Assembly (NCBI GenBank): GCA_965261545.1 | Contig: CBDHDF010000010.1 | Location: 64,001 to 128,000 of the forward strand | Source: Bdellovibrionales bacterium | GTDB taxonomy: Bacteria > Bdellovibrionota > Bdellovibrionia > Bdellovibrionales > UBA1609 | DNA: 64,000 nt | Direction of reading: 5' to 3' | Shown here: positions 41,692-51,936 of the stretch, in pieces | Layout: each line of letters starts with the position of its first letter | Numbering within the stretch: position 1 is the first letter of the stretch | Notes under the pieces: generated by a model | Databases searched by the model: none | Seen by the model: the letters and a program-made list of their open reading frames with translations, nothing else | Told to the model about the DNA's origin: nothing | Position numbers and translations under genes: made by a program

Positions 41692-41855
41692 GCATCTGCG
41701 TTAAAATGCGAAATTTCCAGAAATTGGGGTTGTACTGAAATATAATGGTAGCTGCTGGAAAAATTAAAATTGACGTAAAAAAAGTGTAGAAAACAAAATA
41801 GGATTTTATCGTTTTAAATATTGATATATCATAGAAATATGTAGAAAATATCCTC

Positions 41856-43517
41856 ATGTACATCCAAACGACTAAAAACTCAAAAGGTCAGTGCTACTAC
41901 CACCTTGTGGAGTCCTACAGAGAAAAAGGCAAATCCAAAAAACGCATGCTCATGTCCTTAGGTAAGGCTGGAGAAGGAGGAGAGGATAAGATTAATAGTT
42001 TGGCGCAGGCCGTATCCCGCCACCGAGAGCTTCTCACTGTGAGTCAATTGGCTAAGGAGCTTTACATCGAAGAGACTTTCATTTTGGGTCCCTTGCTGAT
42101 TTTACAAAAGTTGTTTGATCAACTGGGTATCAATAAGACCCTCAAAGACATAAAAGATTCTCATGAGAAAGTTCAATTTGATTTATGTAAGGTGATTTTT
42201 ACCTTAGTTGCCACCCGATTTATTGCTCCTAGTTCCAAGTTAAAGGTTTTTGAGTATTGGCAAAAATCTTTTTACCCAGACATGATTAAGGGTGATTTGA
42301 GTCTCCAGCATATTTATCGGTCTATGGACTTACTTGCCTCCCATAAGGATGAAATAGAGAACTCGCTTTATTGGGTGGGGCGAGATTTATTTAATTTCCA
42401 AGTAGACATTGTGTTGTATGATTTAACAACCTTACGCTTCGAGAGTACAAGAACAGACTTAGGGAAACTTCGTCAATTTGGCTATAGTAAAGAGAGACGA
42501 TCAGACTGCACCCAAGTTGTCTTTGGTTTGTTGGTGAATCGGGATGGCATCCCTTTAGGTTTTGAGGTTTTCCCTGGTAATACTTTTGAAGGCAAGACGC
42601 TTTCAGATATTGTTGATAAAATGAGAAAAAAGTTTAATGTACGCCGTTTCATTTTTGTGCCTGATAGGGGGCTTTTATCAAAGGCTAATACTGACAAACT
42701 CAGTGAGGATCAAAGCGAGTTTATTGTTGGTATGAAGCTTGGATCTTTAAAAAAAGAAAAGAAACAAGAGGTCTATGATTTAAATCGTTTTAGCTGGGTA
42801 TATGAGAATGAGCTTGCTGTTTACGAAACAGACCATGGGGGGCATAGATGTATTGTGACTTGGTCTAGGAAAAGAGCAGAGAGAGATAAAAAATCTAGAG
42901 AATCCCTTCTTGAAAAGATCGAAGGAAAACTATCTTCTAAAGGTGTTCAGTCTAGTACTTTTGTTTCCAATAAAGGTTATAAGAAATATGTAAAGATGGC
43001 TGACGACAAAAATAAAAAACCTGAATTAAATGCAGAACAAATAGAATTAGATGAAAAAATTGATGGTTTTTTTGCCGTCCTTACAAATGTCAAAGACTTG
43101 ACGGCAGATGAGATTATTATCAACTACAAAGAATTGTGGAAAATTGAAGATGCTTTTGGTGAGTTAAAAGGGACTTTGAAAACACGTCCTGTTTTCCATT
43201 GGACAGACCAGAGGATTATTGGACATTTAACTCTATGCTTTTTAACTTATCTTTGTGAGGCCCACCTTACAAAATGTTTAAGAGATAAGAAGATGAACCT
43301 AAAAAGCCCAGCCATAGGCATTGGTCATGTTAAAGAGCGACCTTTAACTGTTGTAGAGGCCATGAGGGAACTCAAGGAAGTTAGGGCTATCCCTGTTAAA
43401 ATTCGTGATCAAGTCATTTGGACCCGCACAAATATCACTGGCAATGCCAACTCCTTATTTAAAGCCGCAGGCGTCCCCATCCCTCCCAGAATCCTTAATG
43501 CCCACAAGTGTGGATAA
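41856..43517 (+). CDS. IS1634-family DDE transposase
   Basis: YHLVESYRE, LYDLTTLRFE, GYSKERRSD, DRGL, YKELWKIEDAFGELK, RPVFHW. Confidence 0.92.
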   Translation: MYIQTTKNSKGQCYYHLVESYREKGKSKKRMLMSLGKAGEGGEDKINSLAQAVSRHRELLTVSQLAKELYIEETFILGPLLILQKLFDQLGINKTLKDIKDSHEKVQFDLCKVIFTLVATRFIAPSSKLKVFEYWQKSFYPDMIKGDLSLQHIYRSMDLLASHKDEIENSLYWVGRDLFNFQVDIVLYDLTTLRFESTRTDLGKLRQFGYSKERRSDCTQVVFGLLVNRDGIPLGFEVFPGNTFEGKTLSDIVDKMRKKFNVRRFIFVPDRGLLSKANTDKLSEDQSEFIVGMKLGSLKKEKKQEVYDLNRFSWVYENELAVYETDHGGHRCIVTWSRKRAERDKKSRESLLEKIEGKLSSKGVQSSTFVSNKGYKKYVKMADDKNKKPELNAEQIELDEKIDGFFAVLTNVKDLTADEIIINYKELWKIEDAFGELKGTLKTRPVFHWTDQRIIGHLTLCFLTYLCEAHLTKCLRDKKMNLKSPAIGIGHVKERPLTVVEAMRELKEVRAIPVKIRDQVIWTRTNITGNANSLFKAAGVPIPPRILNAHKCG

Positions 43518-43588
43518 ACAAAATACAACTATATGCGTTAATCCTTTAATATCATTCGTTTGACGCAGATGCTGCTGTCAAACTCGGG

Positions 43589-43816
43589 ATTTACCTCTGC
43601 CATAGGGCTGAAGGATGCATTTGGGGTCATGCCAAAAGTGGTGGGCAGAAAATCATTCCTCAGAATCTTGTGGCATAGTCCGAGTTAAATGATGAGCAAA
43701 ATAAAGACACTTGACTAAACTCTGAACGAAGAATAACTAAATCAGTACATCATCAACTGGCCGTTTTTCATTGGCGACGGCTTCTAAAAATGGCCAATTT
43801 TAATTGGCGCCTAACA
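43589..43816 (+). mobile_element. Orphan IS21 right end
   Basis: 228 bp matching 28997-29224. Confidence 0.9.
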
Positions 43817-43927
43817 CCTTTGAAGCCAAGTCCCGAATGGGGGGGGGAAAACAGTTACCTCTATTTCCTCTCTCCAAAGATAGAGGGATGAGTAATTACG
43901 ATCCTTCTCGTTTGAAATGGAGATGTT

Positions 43928-44302
43928 ATGATAAAAGAAAGAATCAAGTCTGAATTTTTTATTTCATGGATGTTGCTGCCCATTTATTTAACAAACGATA
44001 GAAGAGATTTATTGAACAATAGAGGTTGGGACTGGAGTAAAAATTGGGAACCTTGGGCCTTATCTGTATTCTATTTATGTTTCTTGCTCAGTATTGTTCC
44101 ATATATTCATAAGAATATCCATCATAAGATAAAAAAAAAATACATTTTATTTTTTCATTCTTCAGTATTGAGCTTAGCTTTAACATTTTCATATATTTTT
44201 GAGATTTTCGCAAAACATTCAGATTTCTTATTAGTTCCTAAAATCTTTATAATATGGATAACTCCATTGATTCTTTATTTTCGACAAAGTTTTTACAAAT
44301 AG
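43928..44302 (+). CDS. Hypothetical membrane protein (3-4 TM)
   Basis: SD GGAG; several hydrophobic segments. Confidence 0.5.
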   Translation: MIKERIKSEFFISWMLLPIYLTNDRRDLLNNRGWDWSKNWEPWALSVFYLCFLLSIVPYIHKNIHHKIKKKYILFFHSSVLSLALTFSYIFEIFAKHSDFLLVPKIFIIWITPLILYFRQSFYK

Positions 44303-44616
44303 TTTAAGTAAACCTCTCCAAAAATTATCGTTGAGAGTCACTGAAATAGCCTTAATCATAGCCTGCTCCTTACATGTAGTTAGTTTCTGTCCAGAAAGGC
44401 CCATTTTTTGTTCTCTGACACTCCCCATTGAGCCTCCCAATGCCTCAATGGGGGAGTGAGAGTTGGAGATTTGCCACACAAACTCTACAGATTAAGGGGA
44501 AAAAGGTCTTTAAGCGACTTGCGCCCTAGTTTTTTCGATTTGAAGACGCACCCCTACCTTTGGAAGATTTTAGCACCTTCGACCTGGTCCATTGCTGTTA
44601 TTCCTAATGGATAAAT

Positions 44617-45981
44617 TTAGGTGACAGTTGATAATTCATGTCTTGCCAAGACAACAAAATTATAGGCACAAACGGCATTCTTTACATACCTCTTAAAACC
44701 ATCATGCCCTTTCCAGTAAGCAACTCTCATACCAAAACATCTCTTAAGGAATGAAATAACAGCCTCTATTCCGGCTCTCCAATTGAGAAGATTTTTAAAG
44801 ACCCAAGCACTTTTAACCATCTTTAATATTTTCATTCCTTTTTTTTCTGGGAAGCAAACATCTTTAGCCCCCATCTCTTTGGCCTCTTCAAGATTTTCTT
44901 TTGAAGCAAACCCACCATCTGCACTTACTTTTACAGGGCAAGCCCCATAGGTTTGTGTCACTGAATTCATAACTTTTAAAAACATATCAGAGTCTGCGGG
45001 GTTGCCATCAGGGATCTGACAATCTAAAATCATGTTGCTTTGCCCTGAGGTCAAAAAGATTTTATGCCCAAACTCGACTTCTCTTTGCCCCTTTACAATA
45101 ATGTCTGTATGCGGTTCAAAGATGGATAGGACCTTTTTTTCAGAAGATACTTTTTTCCCCTCAATAACTCTTTTTTGAGTTTGAAAGATGATTTTTTCCA
45201 GGTAGAAGGCAACATTTTCTAACTGTTTTAGACTCTTTTTCAAAGCATTCATCTTCACACATTTTTGTTCTTTTTTTATCTTTCTGATGGTATCAGGTAA
45301 TCCTTTGTTCAATTTGGTAGCGATTTTTAAAAGCTCCTTATAGCAAGGTAGTCTTTCCGCATCATTTTTGGAATTATTAATTTTGTAAAGAAAGGTTTTT
45401 GCTCTCTTAAGATCTTCTCTTGAAATAAGTCGCCAAAAATCTTTCATGACATTTTTACGAACTTTTTTAAATTCTCTTTCTGTAACTCTTATGCAGTCAT
45501 ATAAAAGCGATGCATCCGTTGGATGATGAATATTTGATTTCGTCACTGTACTGTCCAATCTCATTTTCTTACACGGCTCAATCTTTTGATCTCTTGCATC
45601 TGAAACTAAAGAGGCGCTAATAATTCCCCAAGTTTCTTCACTTATTTGAACAATCAAGTCCTGTAAGGTGGAGTGAGCGTAATTTTCTTCCAATTCAAGG
45701 CCCAGAAAAGCTCTGGTGGATACTGAATCGACAAGATTAAAGGCTAACGCACGATAGGAAAGACCTCTTATGGATTTAAGAATAGCCACCTTGAGAACTT
45801 GCTCCGATGTCATACCAATATCACCAGAATCTTTCTTTTCTTTAACAAGGTCTTCATGAACCATATGGGCAAACTCTGGATGGCGATCAATGATGTTATT
45901 AATTTGCTGCAATTCTGTACTGAGTTGGTGGTTAGGATATTGGGAAAAGAGTCCCAACTGTGTCTTCTTCAAATGGCGCAT
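44617..45981 (-). CDS. ISNCY/IS5-like DDE transposase
   Basis: RLDSTVTKSNIHHPTDASLL, SIFEPHTDIIVKG, EFGHK, GNPAD, ADGGFAS, RAGIEAVISFLKR. Confidence 0.9.
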   Translation of the reverse strand: MRHLKKTQLGLFSQYPNHQLSTELQQINNIIDRHPEFAHMVHEDLVKEKKDSGDIGMTSEQVLKVAILKSIRGLSYRALAFNLVDSVSTRAFLGLELEENYAHSTLQDLIVQISEETWGIISASLVSDARDQKIEPCKKMRLDSTVTKSNIHHPTDASLLYDCIRVTEREFKKVRKNVMKDFWRLISREDLKRAKTFLYKINNSKNDAERLPCYKELLKIATKLNKGLPDTIRKIKKEQKCVKMNALKKSLKQLENVAFYLEKIIFQTQKRVIEGKKVSSEKKVLSIFEPHTDIIVKGQREVEFGHKIFLTSGQSNMILDCQIPDGNPADSDMFLKVMNSVTQTYGACPVKVSADGGFASKENLEEAKEMGAKDVCFPEKKGMKILKMVKSAWVFKNLLNWRAGIEAVISFLKRCFGMRVAYWKGHDGFKRYVKNAVCAYNFVVLARHELSTVT

Positions 45982-46529
45982 AGTCCCCCCTTTGGTGAAA
46001 GTTTCTCTTTAATTTTTATATTAACATACGTTTTTTTGAGGGAAAAAAGTGAGCAAGGATGTCTTTTAAGAAGAAAAAAATCAGAGAGGTTCTCGGAGAA
46101 CATGGATAAGAATTCTACCTCATAGAGAGGTTCCCACGCCTCCTAAAACCTACATAAAAAATAAATGAAGAATAAAATATCAAAAATTATTTCTCTGAAA
46201 AAACACGTCAAGTATTTTTTGAAGTTGATGCGCAACGTAATGTTATTTCCCTGAAGGAGGTTTGAAATCACCACGGTGGAAACACAGGTTGATCCAACTC
46301 TTCCTCTCATATCAAGTAACCAGTTGATAGCCACATAAGTCACTGAAAGGGAGGGGCTGTGAAAGGTTCGTCAAGAGAGGGGGGGGGGGAACTTATTTTA
46401 TTTTTCCGTTTTATGTAAGTAACTGAATTTACACGGATTATGTTTGATGGACTCCATTTTAAAGCATAAAATCTAAAGGGAAGGCATGTAAATACTTAAA
46501 ACTACTTAACTTTCTTCCCTGGACAGGAA

Positions 46530-47492
46530 CTAGTTACAACTTTTAGGGATTTCAGGAAGCTCTTTGAAAATCTCTTTGAAGCCAGGCAGCTGGGGCGCAG
46601 AAAGAGGTTCTACACCCAACTCATCCATGTGGACCTATTGATCATTGATGATCTTTTTCTTAGAAAGCGCATCCCACCAGAGGCTTGTGATGACTTCCAG
46701 GAAATCATTCTGGATCGATACTCAGCGAGAAAAAGCACTCTTATTACCTCCAATCGCATTATTGAGGACTGGGGAAAGTGTTTGGGCGATAATACCGTGG
46801 CCTCTGCCATCCTGGATCGCCTTCTCCACTGCAGCCAACTATTAAAATTTGAGGGAAAAAGCTACCGATTGAAGGAAGCTTCAAACCGACTTGTCAAGAT
46901 AAAAAATTAAAGGTAGGGTGAGCCCATCTTGTCAGATCACCCTAAATGGCCTGGTTTGCCCGCCCACAAATGGATGGTTTTGTCCGCCCCTCCGGGGTTA
47001 CATACCTCTTTCTATCCAGTCAGAACTCACCTTTTTCTTTCTTGCTTTTACTATGCCGTCTGAGAGTGACGAAGAGATTGATGGGTATTTTTGCCTTTTC
47101 TGCACAAAAAATATTCAAAACAAAGAAATGATAAAACTATACTTTGATAAAGATATAGTAGAAAAATCTTTTCGTACTTTGAAGGGAGTATCTAATTTGC
47201 GTCCAGTACGTCATTGGCTTTCAAATAGAGTTGTTGCACATGTTTTTATCTGTTATTTATCTTATTTAATACTTTCTATCCTGAGGATGCACTTGAAAGA
47301 TATGGATATTTCTCCTTTAAAGGCTCTTAAAGATTTAGAAAGTATGTATAGGGTTTATTTATATGATAAAAGGAAAAAACATCAATTTATTAGAACAGTC
47401 ATTCTTAGTAAACGCCAAAAACTAATTTTAAAATCTGTAGATAAGAATTTAATTAAGGAGTGTTGTGTATAAAAACGACCACGAAGTCAAGG
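46530..47492 (+). pseudogene. Nested IS debris: IS1634-type end (46530-46556), istB 3' fragment (46557-46910), IS21-type right end (to 47002), IS1634 transposase 3' fragment (~47070-47472)
   Basis: CTAGTTACAACTTTTAGGGATTTCAGG resembles the end at 33283; DLLIIDD...ITSN...ILDRLLH...GKSYR; KDIVEKSFRTLKG...LRPVRHW. Confidence 0.8.
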
Positions 47493-47789
47493 TTAGAGGG
47501 AGTCAGAAAAATGTGGAAAAATCTTCTGCAAAAACGAATGCCATTGCTCCTCCAGGGGCGTGATCAATCTTTCATTGACTAGTTCCTGCCCATGCCGGGC
47601 ACACTGCTTTATTGTGGCTCCCGAGGGCCATAGCCGCAGCGTCGCCATGGATGAGTCTGTGGATAACTGACTCATCCATGGCGATGTTAGTATGGGAGGT
47701 GAATTGGAAAAAGGAATGTTGATCGACAATAAAAATTATAGTGTATAAAAACGCTTGGGGAAACTTCCAACAATATCCAAATCCCCAGC

Positions 47790-47850
47790 TGTTAGCTGAA
47801 ATTTTGCATAATTAAAATGCTCCACCGTCGCCAATGAAAAGTGGGCATTT
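47790..47850 (+). mobile_element. Degenerate IS21 left end
   Basis: TGTTAGCTGA...AATTAAAATGCTCCACCGTCGCCAATGAAAAGTGG resembles 25977-26030. Confidence 0.7.
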
Positions 47851-47879
47851 CTCTCTGAGAAATAGATTCATCCTTAAAA

Positions 47880-48494
47880 TTACGATTTAAAGTTGAGCAA
47901 TAGGGGATGAACAGCTCTGAGCTTCTTCTCGTTTAATTTTTTTATAATGGATATGCATTCGTCTTGAATGTCTGTGACCAAAACGTCGGATTTCATGTGG
48001 TATTCAAAGTCCTCTGTTGTGAACCCATAGGATTTTACAATATGTATTATTTTGGCTCTATAAAGCTCAATTCGGCCATTCTCAATCTGGCCAATGGTGT
48101 TCTTATGGTAGTTACAAATAAGACTGGCTTTGTATTGAGTCAGATTTTTGAGTCTTCGCAAAACCTGCAAGACCTGGACCTCTTTTGTAATAATCTTTTT
48201 GTCAAACCGGCGGTTCTTTTTGCTGTAACTCACCTTTTCTTTTTTGTGACCAAACCTCTTTTTAATTTGTTCACTTTTGCCTTCACGACATAGCAAAAAG
48301 TCCTCATAGGTGAGCCCATAGGCTTTGGCTGTTTCTTTAATCCGGGGGTTGGTTATGACTGTCCTCCCATTCTCAAATTTTTCCACACTCTTGTGACTGA
48401 CGCATAGCAATATTCCTGCTTCTTTGCGACTTAGCCCTCGAATTTCACGCAATTTCCTTAAAGTGATTGCATCAACTTTTCCTTCGTTTCCCAT
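47880..48494 (-). CDS. XRE-family regulator with two HTH domains
   Basis: LRKLREIRGLSRKEAG...VEKFENG and LRRLKNLTQYKAS...IGQIENG; SD AAGGAGG. Confidence 0.85.
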   Translation of the reverse strand: MGNEGKVDAITLRKLREIRGLSRKEAGILLCVSHKSVEKFENGRTVITNPRIKETAKAYGLTYEDFLLCREGKSEQIKKRFGHKKEKVSYSKKNRRFDKKIITKEVQVLQVLRRLKNLTQYKASLICNYHKNTIGQIENGRIELYRAKIIHIVKSYGFTTEDFEYHMKSDVLVTDIQDECISIIKKLNEKKLRAVHPLLLNFKS

Positions 48495-48824
48495 CTTTCC
48501 TCCTTAAGGCTGTTATTTCTAGCCTCGACTGTGCTAGCACTTCACTAGCTCCGAAATAGCAATTTCTGCTAGCGAAGTACTGCGAATTTTTGTTAGAAAA
48601 TTCAGTTGGTTAGGCAGAAACTGCTGCTACGATCTCCCGAAAAAATCTTCTTGCTACGGGCTTAGCCAAACACTTAGCCAAAATTAGCAAACGTAGGAAT
48701 TTTTGGGAAATGCTGAGAAATGTCATAGAGAGTGAGTGAGAGCTAACCCATTGAAACCATTTGATAGTTATTTCAAATAGTTAAGTTTGATTTCAAAAAT
48801 CTGCAAAAAACCATTGCCGAAATA

Positions 48825-48837
48825 TGGCGGGGTGGAC
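48825..48837 (-). other. Putative att core resembling a tRNA 3' end (GTCCACCCCGCCA, possibly tRNA-Asp)
   Basis: Ends in CCA and lies 68 nt downstream of the integrase stop; only 13 bp. Confidence 0.5.
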
Positions 48838-48905
48838 TGTTTTCCACGCAAACCACTGTAATCACTAAGTTTACCTCATTAAAAGTAAACTTTGGTCAAC
48901 AGTTT

Positions 48906-50072
48906 TCAAGACGGCTTTTGGGTGTGTCTCGAAGCAAGAGAGACCACATTTTCACCTACATCTTGTTGAGGTAAGCCGTAACTGATCCTTTCCGTAACCC
49001 CTTGCACATTGATGCCAGCCAACCTCAAATACTCATCCGTTGTAGACATCCTGCGATGACCAACAACAGCCATCACTTGCACCAAAGGAGCGCCCTGACT
49101 CAACATGTTAGTGATAAAGGTTGCCCTCAAGTCATGAAAACGAATGGAAGTGATATCAATGGCCCGGCAAAACTCCCTGAGAACTTGAGCCTGCTCACCA
49201 TGCTCCCATTCCTTCATCCTAGGAAGCAGAAAATCCTTAATCATCACTTGCTTCTTTAAGCGGCTGTCCCATAGCTCTTGAGAATAGCTCTCCTTCCTTG
49301 CCTTGCACTCCTGAAGAAACCCTCTTAAGTCACCATTGATGGGAATGGTTCGATTCTCACGATTCTTAGGTGGAGCAATTCCGTCTTTATTTGTCCACTG
49401 CTTGTTGACTGAAATAAAGCCAGATTCAAGGTCCACATCTTGCCAACGAAGGGCAAACATTTCGCCAGACCTCATACCCGTCATGAGAGCAAAAACCCAC
49501 ACCTTATAAAAGCGGTGATTGCACTTAAAAGCCTCTTCCAAAAGAAAATGAGCTTCTTTAGAATTCAGCACTTCTTGCTGAGTCTGAGGGGCTCTAATTC
49601 GAATGCCTAGGGCTGGATTTCTAACAATGATTCCATCCTCTAAAGCCATCTGCAAGATTCGATTTATCATCTTTAAAATATGCTTTTGAGAATAAGGCGA
49701 AACTCTATCACCAATGTGATTAAATATAAGATTATGGATGTTTTGAGGTTTCACTTTTTCAAGAGGTAGCTCCACAAACTCTCTGGGGAGCCACTTTCTC
49801 AATCCTCCATCGTAACTCTTTATAGTCGATATCTTGAAGGAAAGCTTCATGCGCTGAAGGCATTCCTCATGCCAATCGCCCCATGTCCAGTAGATACGAC
49901 CACCACCAAAGCGTTGATAAAGTTCATTTCTTAATTGAAACTCAAGCTCTTTAGCTTTTCTTTCTGAAGTGACACCACGCTTTTTTCGGAAATGTTGCTT
50001 TTTCCGACAATCCCTTAGATGAACAACCACTTCATAAAGTTTTTTGCCATTTTTACAATAAGATTTAATCAT
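48906..50072 (-). CDS. Tyrosine integrase
   Basis: TGMRSGE (R), PPKN (K), FHDLR (HxxR), VGH, TTDEY (Y). Confidence 0.95.
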   Translation of the reverse strand: MIKSYCKNGKKLYEVVVHLRDCRKKQHFRKKRGVTSERKAKELEFQLRNELYQRFGGGRIYWTWGDWHEECLQRMKLSFKISTIKSYDGGLRKWLPREFVELPLEKVKPQNIHNLIFNHIGDRVSPYSQKHILKMINRILQMALEDGIIVRNPALGIRIRAPQTQQEVLNSKEAHFLLEEAFKCNHRFYKVWVFALMTGMRSGEMFALRWQDVDLESGFISVNKQWTNKDGIAPPKNRENRTIPINGDLRGFLQECKARKESYSQELWDSRLKKQVMIKDFLLPRMKEWEHGEQAQVLREFCRAIDITSIRFHDLRATFITNMLSQGAPLVQVMAVVGHRRMSTTDEYLRLAGINVQGVTERISYGLPQQDVGENVVSLASRHTQKPS

Positions 50073-50304
50073 ATAAAACTCCTTTTTGTTGGAGAATATG
50101 ATTTAAATCTGTAAGCCTAAATCTCAAGTGACTTCCAAGCTTATAAGCCCTGAGTTTTCCACGACACACCCAAATGCGAAGAGCATTGGGAGTTATGCGA
50201 AGGTACTCAGCAGCTTCTTTTGTTGATAGCCACTTTTGTTGTCCTACTAAATTGTCAAAGAACGCATCCCTTTTTGGGATCAGCTTACTCATTGATAAGC
50301 TCAC
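50065..50304 (-). CDS. Excisionase-like HTH_17 protein
   Basis: WLSTKEAAEYLRITPNALRIWVCRGKLRAYKLGSHLRF; overlaps the integrase start. Confidence 0.88.
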   Translation of the reverse strand: MSLSMSKLIPKRDAFFDNLVGQQKWLSTKEAAEYLRITPNALRIWVCRGKLRAYKLGSHLRFRLTDLNHILQQKGVLYD

Positions 50305-50396
50305 CTATAGTTATAGGTTGAATACCAATGAAAGGCAACATTTTTTGATATCTATAGTTCAAATAAATACTCAAAAAAATGCAATTCTTTATGATT

Positions 50397-50768
50397 TCAT
50401 TCTTCATAATTCACCTCCTCAGAAGGGGCTTTCACAGGCCCTTGGAGAGCTACAGAAGGCTTCTTTTTTGCTCTATAAGATCGCCCCTTATTTAATTCAT
50501 TCACTTGTTTTATAAAGTCCTCTGGAGAGTTCGTGGTGGATAGCAAGTGCTTAATGTAACGCTTCTTATCAAAAAGTTTTTCACTTAATCCTTTTTTTTC
50601 TTTGGAAAAATATTTTTGAGCGTATCCTATCAAAATCAGACTTGCCACTCGGGACGGTGAGCCCCTCAAGTAAGGGTTCTCTTCCACAAGAACCCTTATC
50701 ATCTCATTTAAATACTCCACGGCTTGCTCATCTATATATAAACGCCCTGTCTTTGTTGCATTGGCCAT
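50397..50768 (-). CDS. Hypothetical protein, possibly ribbon-helix-helix
   Basis: RLYIDEQAVEYLNEM strand-helix pattern; SD GGAGG; coupled to the upstream gene. Confidence 0.45.
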   Translation of the reverse strand: MANATKTGRLYIDEQAVEYLNEMIRVLVEENPYLRGSPSRVASLILIGYAQKYFSKEKKGLSEKLFDKKRYIKHLLSTTNSPEDFIKQVNELNKGRSYRAKKKPSVALQGPVKAPSEEVNYEE

Positions 50769-51436
50769 TATTGCACCTCCTTTGGTTTCATTGCAGGCGG
50801 GTTGATGGATCGTAAATTCTTGAGGCCCATGCCATGACCAGAGCCCCTTGAACCTGTTCTCATTTTGTGAGACCTCCGAGGTTGTCTCTTGGAAAAGCCT
50901 GTAGGAAATTTTTTGGAAGAACTCTTAGAAGAGTTCTTAGGAAAACTCTTCGGCGGAGCCAAGTTAAACTGTGGATATCCAATCAGAGTCCAAACCTTGT
51001 GGCCTTCAATAAGTTTCTTTCCATCCTCAGTGGTGTGAGTTTCCACATAATCTTCACGCACCTTGGGACTATTAATGAAGGCCCTCATCTTTTCCAAATC
51101 AGATGAAGAGATTCCATCAATACCATTGGCCCCACTCCATTTATTGACGTCTACACTGGAAGAACTTGGAGAAAGCCCGTAGGACTCAAGGTTAAAAAGA
51201 GTTTCTCGACGAGCACGGCTTTCTCGTTGGTCTATGAACTGGTGGAGAGCATAGCCTGCAACTCCACCTAACAAAGCCCCTGCCATAGCTCCCCTTACAA
51301 GTCTTGGATCATGGGGTCCTTTGGATATGGGAGCCGCTGACACAACCCCCAGACCGACACCCATACCACTTCCTGCAAGAATTGACTTTTTCATACTTGA
51401 ACAACCTAAAGCTCCTATTAAAAACGCACACAACAT
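50768..51436 (-). CDS. Glycine-zipper lipoprotein with TraV-like C-terminus
   Basis: Lipobox ALGC, GxxxG helices, PKVREDYVETHTTEDGKKLIEGHKVWTLIGYPQF. Confidence 0.55.
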   Translation of the reverse strand: MLCAFLIGALGCSSMKKSILAGSGMGVGLGVVSAAPISKGPHDPRLVRGAMAGALLGGVAGYALHQFIDQRESRARRETLFNLESYGLSPSSSSVDVNKWSGANGIDGISSSDLEKMRAFINSPKVREDYVETHTTEDGKKLIEGHKVWTLIGYPQFNLAPPKSFPKNSSKSSSKKFPTGFSKRQPRRSHKMRTGSRGSGHGMGLKNLRSINPPAMKPKEVQ

Positions 51437-51669
51437 GATTTTTATGACACTTTGAATGTGACACCTCCATGGTTTATTTGTGATTTATATTCCATAAATA
51501 TCTTCTTACATGCCTATTTCTATTTCTTTTCTTATGCACTGATTGCATTGACTCTGAATCTTATGACTCTCTAACTACATAACAATAACCACTCTTTGTG
51601 CAGCCTTCTTCCTCACCTTGGAGGTCTTAAGGCTCCTAAATATAAACGCATACATTATAATTCTTAGTA

Positions 51670-51880
51670 CATCCTGACTTCACACCTCCAAATTTATCAA
51701 ACTACTCCAGACTACCCCGGCCCCAATTTTAATCCTGACAAAATTAGAGATGAGTTATTTCATATACTTAGGGCCAAAAACCCCAAAAAATTGATCCTGA
51801 TAATGTAAGTAGACAATCAGGATGCAAATCAGGATGTAATCAAGATATAATCAAGATATAATCAAGATATAATCAGGATC
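51670..51880. repeat. Candidate oriT: six tandem AATCARGAT units plus inverted ATCCTGA copies
   Basis: 11-12-bp period at 51815-51880; inverted copies near 51671, 51732 and 51794; adjacent to the relaxase. Confidence 0.5.
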
Positions 51881-51936
51881 ACAGTCACGCTCCAAAAAAA
51901 ATATTCATTGTTATTCATAGAAATTTTATTTGTTCC

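Larger units (their letters stand above)
40181..43588 (+). mobile_element. IS1634-family element with another IS nested in its left terminal repeat
   Basis: TIR CCCGAGTTTGACAGCAGCAT at 40181 and its complement ending at 43588. Confidence 0.88.

Noticed and set aside
41399..41863. 154-aa minus-strand ORF
   Set aside because: Spans the junction of two IS ends; no recognisable motif.
23151..47030. Shared 25-mer CTCTTTCYATCCAGTCAGAACTCAC at 23151-23175 and 47006-47030
   Set aside because: Probably the start of a decayed gene family (reads VSSDW on the minus strand); no function can be supported.
46918..47472. 184-aa ORF as a real gene
   Set aside because: Chimera reading through an IS21 end into an IS1634 transposase fragment.
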